Below, piece after piece: positions 60,874-64,000 of a DNA stretch of 64,000 nucleotides. Position numbers and translations under genes: made by a program. The stretch spans positions 2,739 to 66,738 of the forward strand of contig ONNZ01000001.1 of NCBI GenBank assembly GCA_900319345.1. The letters run 5' to 3'. Each line of letters opens with the position of its first letter. Position 1 is the stretch's first letter. The notes below the pieces were generated by a model that worked only from the letters and a program-made list of their open reading frames with translations, was not told the origin of the DNA and searched no databases. This stretch comes from an uncultured Eubacteriales bacterium (GTDB lineage: Bacteria; Bacillota; Clostridia; Christensenellales; CAG-138).

Positions 60874-61680
60874 TCAATAAAACGCCTTGAGGATATACTC
60901 CAAGGATTCGCGCCATGCGGCAAATCGCTTCGCCTGGTTGATCTTCCCCGTTACAGAACTTTCCTGATGGATCACTGAGATCGTATCGTCGTAATAGCAC
61001 CGCATCTGGTTGTGCCGCAACAGTTCCCCCACGGCAGACTCCTCGCTGTACATTTTCACACCGTATTCATATCCGCGGATCCTTCGGATAAACTCTCTCG
61101 TGAAGATCATATAGCACCCATGGGGAGAGTACACATAGCAGGAAGGCTGCTTCCCGCTTTTCACACGAGCAGCTTTCCAGTCCGCCAGCCGCAAATAAAA
61201 CCCTGCCAACGCAGGATGTCGGAAAATGCGGATAAGACGTTTCAGCTTTTCCTTGGGTATCCGTTGGAGATAATGGGGATTCGAATAGCTGTCGCTTATG
61301 GATGCGTATACAGAAGGCGCGATACAACCCACGTCTGGAGCGTATTCTGCCGAGAGAAGCTTTTGAAAAAAATCCTTTGTGTCATAGTGGATGTCAGTAT
61401 TGGACAGGATATAGTAATCATATGCCCCCAGATCCACGCTTTGAACAGGCTTCAACAACGCATTCAGATATCCTACGTTGTCCCCGTAATCGATCACGTG
61501 AACACCAGCGATTCCCTCTGCCTTCCATTCCTCCGCCAGCTTCGGGACCTGCCTATCCCTATCGCTGTTGACGACGACGATAATGTCCAGCAGCCCGCTA
61601 AACAGGGAAGCTGCTTCTTTCACATAGGCCTTCACTTCGTCTCGGTTTTCATAGAACACGACGGTATTCAAGCACTTCAT
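60874..61680 (-). CDS. GT-A-fold glycosyltransferase-like protein
   Basis: 268 aa from ATG 61680 (ATGA overlap with the upstream stop). TVVFYENRDE...IIVVVNSD...ILSNTD. The assignment is weaker than for its neighbours. Confidence 0.55.
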   Translation of the reverse strand: MKCLNTVVFYENRDEVKAYVKEAASLFSGLLDIIVVVNSDRDRQVPKLAEEWKAEGIAGVHVIDYGDNVGYLNALLKPVQSVDLGAYDYYILSNTDIHYDTKDFFQKLLSAEYAPDVGCIAPSVYASISDSYSNPHYLQRIPKEKLKRLIRIFRHPALAGFYLRLADWKAARVKSGKQPSCYVYSPHGCYMIFTREFIRRIRGYEYGVKMYSEESAVGELLRHNQMRCYYDDTISVIHQESSVTGKINQAKRFAAWRESLEYILKAFY

Positions 61681-62897
61681 TGACTCACCTGTTGACAGCT
61701 TCTGCAAATGGTCCTATACGCTTCCCCGACGGAGTAATGCTGTACTAGAAAAGCCCAGGCGTTTGCTTTTGCTTGCGACAAGTCTTCTGCCGCTGCATGC
61801 CTGACTGTTTGATGCACCTTAGCGGCATCGTTGCTCTCACACCACCAGCCGAAGCCTCCGTCCACGATCACCTTCCCAACATCCGTATTGGGATCCGTGC
61901 AGGCCAGCACGGGGAGTTTGGCCTGCATGTAAGCCAGCAAGCGGCTCGGAAAGTTAGGAATGGTGAAACGATGGTCCAAAAATATGAGCCCCACGTCGCA
62001 GGCACCTAACAGCGTATCGTAATCCTCTTTGGGCAGGCTCTTCATCAGCTTCAAACGGCTCTGCCCGATCTTATTCGCGTACCGCTCCAGCAGGCCGTAC
62101 TCCGTTCCGCCGCCCACGATGAGGAAAAAAGCTTCCTGAACATCCCGGCATGCTTCCAAGCAGTCGATCAGAAAAGGGATCCCCTGGGGCCGACCCAGGT
62201 TCCCTCCGTAGACGAACACCTTCTTATCCAGGGGGATATCGTATCGCCGTCGGATCTCGTTTCGCTTATCGACATCCACACTTTTATCGATCACATCGAT
62301 GCTGTTGGGGCACACCTCCACGATGTCGGGATCCACTTCCGGGTTATGGGCGATCACATAGTCCACGTTAGCCTGGCTCATACAACCGATACGATCGGAA
62401 AGAGTGTAAAGGTGCTTCTCCTGCTGCCTGAAATGCCGAAAAATTAAACCCTTCAGCCCGTTGGTCTGCATCATGCCCATGTCCACGGCGTTCTGAGGGA
62501 AGATATCCTTGAGCAGCAGATATGTCCCGGCCCCATCCCGGTGCTTTACAAAGTCCACGGCCCCTACCAGCGTTATGGGCGGAGTGGAGTATAGAATGAG
62601 ATCAAACTTCACGTCCGAAAAATACCGGCGGATGGCTCGTTTGAATAGGGGCTCCATCAGTACAGTGGAGATGCCTTTTTCAAGAAGGTTCGTCTTCTGA
62701 ACATTCCCGGTCCGGAGACGGAGGATCGTGGCGTTTTTCTCCCGTATTAGATGAGTCTTTTGACGGTATCTTCGTTCCACCGGGGAAATCACATACACGG
62801 CGTGTCCGTTCTTAGTGAATTCCCGCAACAGATCCGTATAGATATCTCGCTCTTCCAAGCTGGAAATCGCGACCAGGGTCAAAAACAAAACGTTCAT
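61677..62897 (-). CDS. GT4-family glycosyltransferase, WbuB/L-fucosamine-transferase-like
   Basis: 406 aa. MNVLFLTLVAISSLEERDIYTDLL... and the C-terminal GT-B block FLIVGGGTEY...PSRLLAYMQAKLPVLA. This type usually accompanies capEFG/fnlABC. Confidence 0.75.
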   Translation of the reverse strand: MNVLFLTLVAISSLEERDIYTDLLREFTKNGHAVYVISPVERRYRQKTHLIREKNATILRLRTGNVQKTNLLEKGISTVLMEPLFKRAIRRYFSDVKFDLILYSTPPITLVGAVDFVKHRDGAGTYLLLKDIFPQNAVDMGMMQTNGLKGLIFRHFRQQEKHLYTLSDRIGCMSQANVDYVIAHNPEVDPDIVEVCPNSIDVIDKSVDVDKRNEIRRRYDIPLDKKVFVYGGNLGRPQGIPFLIDCLEACRDVQEAFFLIVGGGTEYGLLERYANKIGQSRLKLMKSLPKEDYDTLLGACDVGLIFLDHRFTIPNFPSRLLAYMQAKLPVLACTDPNTDVGKVIVDGGFGWWCESNDAAKVHQTVRHAAAEDLSQAKANAWAFLVQHYSVGEAYRTICRSCQQVSQ

Positions 62898-63895
62898 ACG
62901 TCCGTCAGAATCTCGTTCTCCCTAGTCTGACGCTTGATGACGACGCTGTCGTACATCATCATGACGATCCCCTCATCGTACTGGCCGATAATGCTCTCGT
63001 TGGCTTGGCCACGTAGGTTCCTGTCGATGAGCTTGATGAAGTCCACTCCAGCACCGTAGGCATGCAAATAGGCGCCTCCGAACCGGGGATTTACTTCGGA
63101 GAGATAGTATTCGCCGTTCTTGTAGAAAAAATCGACGTCGATAGGCCCGTTGAACTTAAAGTGGCTCAAGGCTTCCTCGGCAAAGGAAAACAGTCTTTCA
63201 TCCTTGAAGGATATAGTTTTGTTCGCCCCACCAATGGTGGTGCTGATCTTCCGTTTGGAGAAGATAGCCACTGGCTTATGGCTGATGGTATCCACATAGA
63301 TATCGGCATCCAAATCGAAGCAGCCGTCCCCCGTCATCAGCTCCTGGGCGATAAGGCTGGGGTCCTGTTCGAACGCGGCATGGAGCGTATCGAGATCGAA
63401 GACTTTCCGTGCACCTACGCTGCCGCTGCCGGTCCGGGGCTTCACGAACACCGGAAGGGAAACCTCGCCTCCGTCCAAAGCAGCTTTGACTTCCGCAAAC
63501 GTTCCCCAGGTCATGGGGGTGCGAACGCCGCAGGAACGCAGATACTTGAACATCTCATACTTGTCGAAGCAAAGCTTGGCCGTTTCTGTGTAAGGTGCCA
63601 AAACCTCTATCCCCAGCGCAGCAAACCGTTCCCGGTTCTCAGCCAGCACCATGATCTCCGGGTCAATGAAGGTGGTTACCGCGTTAATCTTTTCCTTTAC
63701 GCAGATATCCAGCAGCGTATTCATGTATTCCAGCGCGTCGATGCGCGGAACGATATACTGTTTATCCGCCAAATACAAGGCTGGGGCATAGGGGCTATTG
63801 TCTGTGGCGATGATGCGGGACCCTGCCTCCATAGAGGCGCGGAAATCCTTCATCAGCTCGCCGCGTCGTCCTACGCTGCACATCAAATAATTCAT
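62894..63895 (-). CDS. ATP-grasp domain ligase (carboxylate-amine ligase type)
   Basis: 333 aa. LPVFVKPRTGSGSVGARKV, AQELMTG, YLSEVNPRFGG. Its stop overlaps the GT4 start (ATGA). Confidence 0.75.
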   Translation of the reverse strand: MNYLMCSVGRRGELMKDFRASMEAGSRIIATDNSPYAPALYLADKQYIVPRIDALEYMNTLLDICVKEKINAVTTFIDPEIMVLAENRERFAALGIEVLAPYTETAKLCFDKYEMFKYLRSCGVRTPMTWGTFAEVKAALDGGEVSLPVFVKPRTGSGSVGARKVFDLDTLHAAFEQDPSLIAQELMTGDGCFDLDADIYVDTISHKPVAIFSKRKISTTIGGANKTISFKDERLFSFAEEALSHFKFNGPIDVDFFYKNGEYYLSEVNPRFGGAYLHAYGAGVDFIKLIDRNLRGQANESIIGQYDEGIVMMMYDSVVIKRQTRENEILTDV

Positions 63896-63896
63896 A

Positions 63897-64000
63897 TCAG
63901 CACGTCTCCAATCTATAATATTCGACCATATCCATGGGTTTTCGGATCATCACGATGCTTCCGTCCTTCTTTTTCGCATATACCGCGGGATAACCTTTGA
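63897..64000 (-). CDS. 3' end of an unidentified gene entering from the right edge
   Basis: Not in the ORF track. The reverse-strand frame reads ...KGYPAVYAKKKDGSIVMIRKPMDMVEYYRLETC*, with stop TGA at 63899-63897, 1 nt before the ATP-grasp ATG. The other frames contain stops. Confidence 0.5.
   Translation of the reverse strand, partial: KGYPAVYAKKKDGSIVMIRKPMDMVEYYRLETC

Noticed and set aside
63062-64000. A 312-aa plus-strand ORF running off the right edge.
   Set aside because: It is antisense to the well-supported ATP-grasp gene and to the upstream gene tail. Its translation has no recognisable motifs.
1-64000. A scan of intergenic regions for tRNA, rRNA, tmRNA, CRISPR arrays and intact IS elements.
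   Set aside because: No cloverleaf-capable 70-90-nt segment, no rRNA-like conserved stretch and no spaced repeat array was seen in the gaps larger than 100 nt (29830-30347, 33910-34198, 36105-36350, 38030-38188, 40537-40867). This was done by eye only. tRNAscan-SE, Infernal and ISfinder searches should confirm it.

Overview
This 64-kb window reads like a chromosome segment of a GC-rich, Gram-positive, Clostridia-type bacterium. That placement is inferred from gene content only; no marker RNA gene is present.

Positions 1-29829 are GC-rich core genome:
- murC (5' part), a GNAT-like gene, and a translationally coupled HIT-mtaB-rsmE-prmA string.
- A ~10.7-kb sugar-catabolic locus (5051-15785). 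It contains a YihQ-like GH31 glycosidase, a GPH symporter, a split transketolase, three isomerase-type proteins (DUF4867, RpiB-like, FucI-like), an EamA exporter and an embedded zinc-ribbon repeat membrane protein. It has no kinase, aldolase or regulator. I read it as a candidate transketolase-type sulfosugar pathway with non-canonical features.
- ftsA-ftsZ, a secreted protein, an in-frame MGMT-NUDIX fusion, comEC, a probably leaderless cobB, mrp, a lipase-like hydrolase, a transglutaminase-like surface protein and an LCP ligase.

At ~29.83 kb the base composition drops sharply. The remaining ~34 kb is a mosaic cell-surface glycan island, mostly on the minus strand:
- Junction debris: an SRAP remnant.
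- An ABC importer, a wHTH-LicC-like nucleotidyltransferase and a LicD.
- A patch of gene fragments: DUF1653/GNAT, a dead large serine recombinase, and a truncated priming phosphoglycosyltransferase.
- cpsB/cpsD/cpsC-type tyrosine phosphoregulation genes.
- A divergent unit: phosphodiester-glycosidase lipoprotein, a second LCP, and a Wzz-like protein with a degenerate kinase domain.
- Two TagD-type cytidylyltransferase fusion enzymes with a class-V aminotransferase and a second LicD.
- capE/capG/capF (UDP-L-FucNAc type), a Wzx flippase, rmlCDBA, a third LicD, a Wzy-like polymerase, three glycosyltransferases, an ATP-grasp enzyme, and a gene tail at the right edge.

I found no rRNA, tRNA, CRISPR array or intact transposase. 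Many long ORFs in the supplied track are antisense or extended-start artefacts of GC-rich coding DNA. All functional calls rest on my own reading of the translated sequences and remembered family motifs; nothing was searched against a database.
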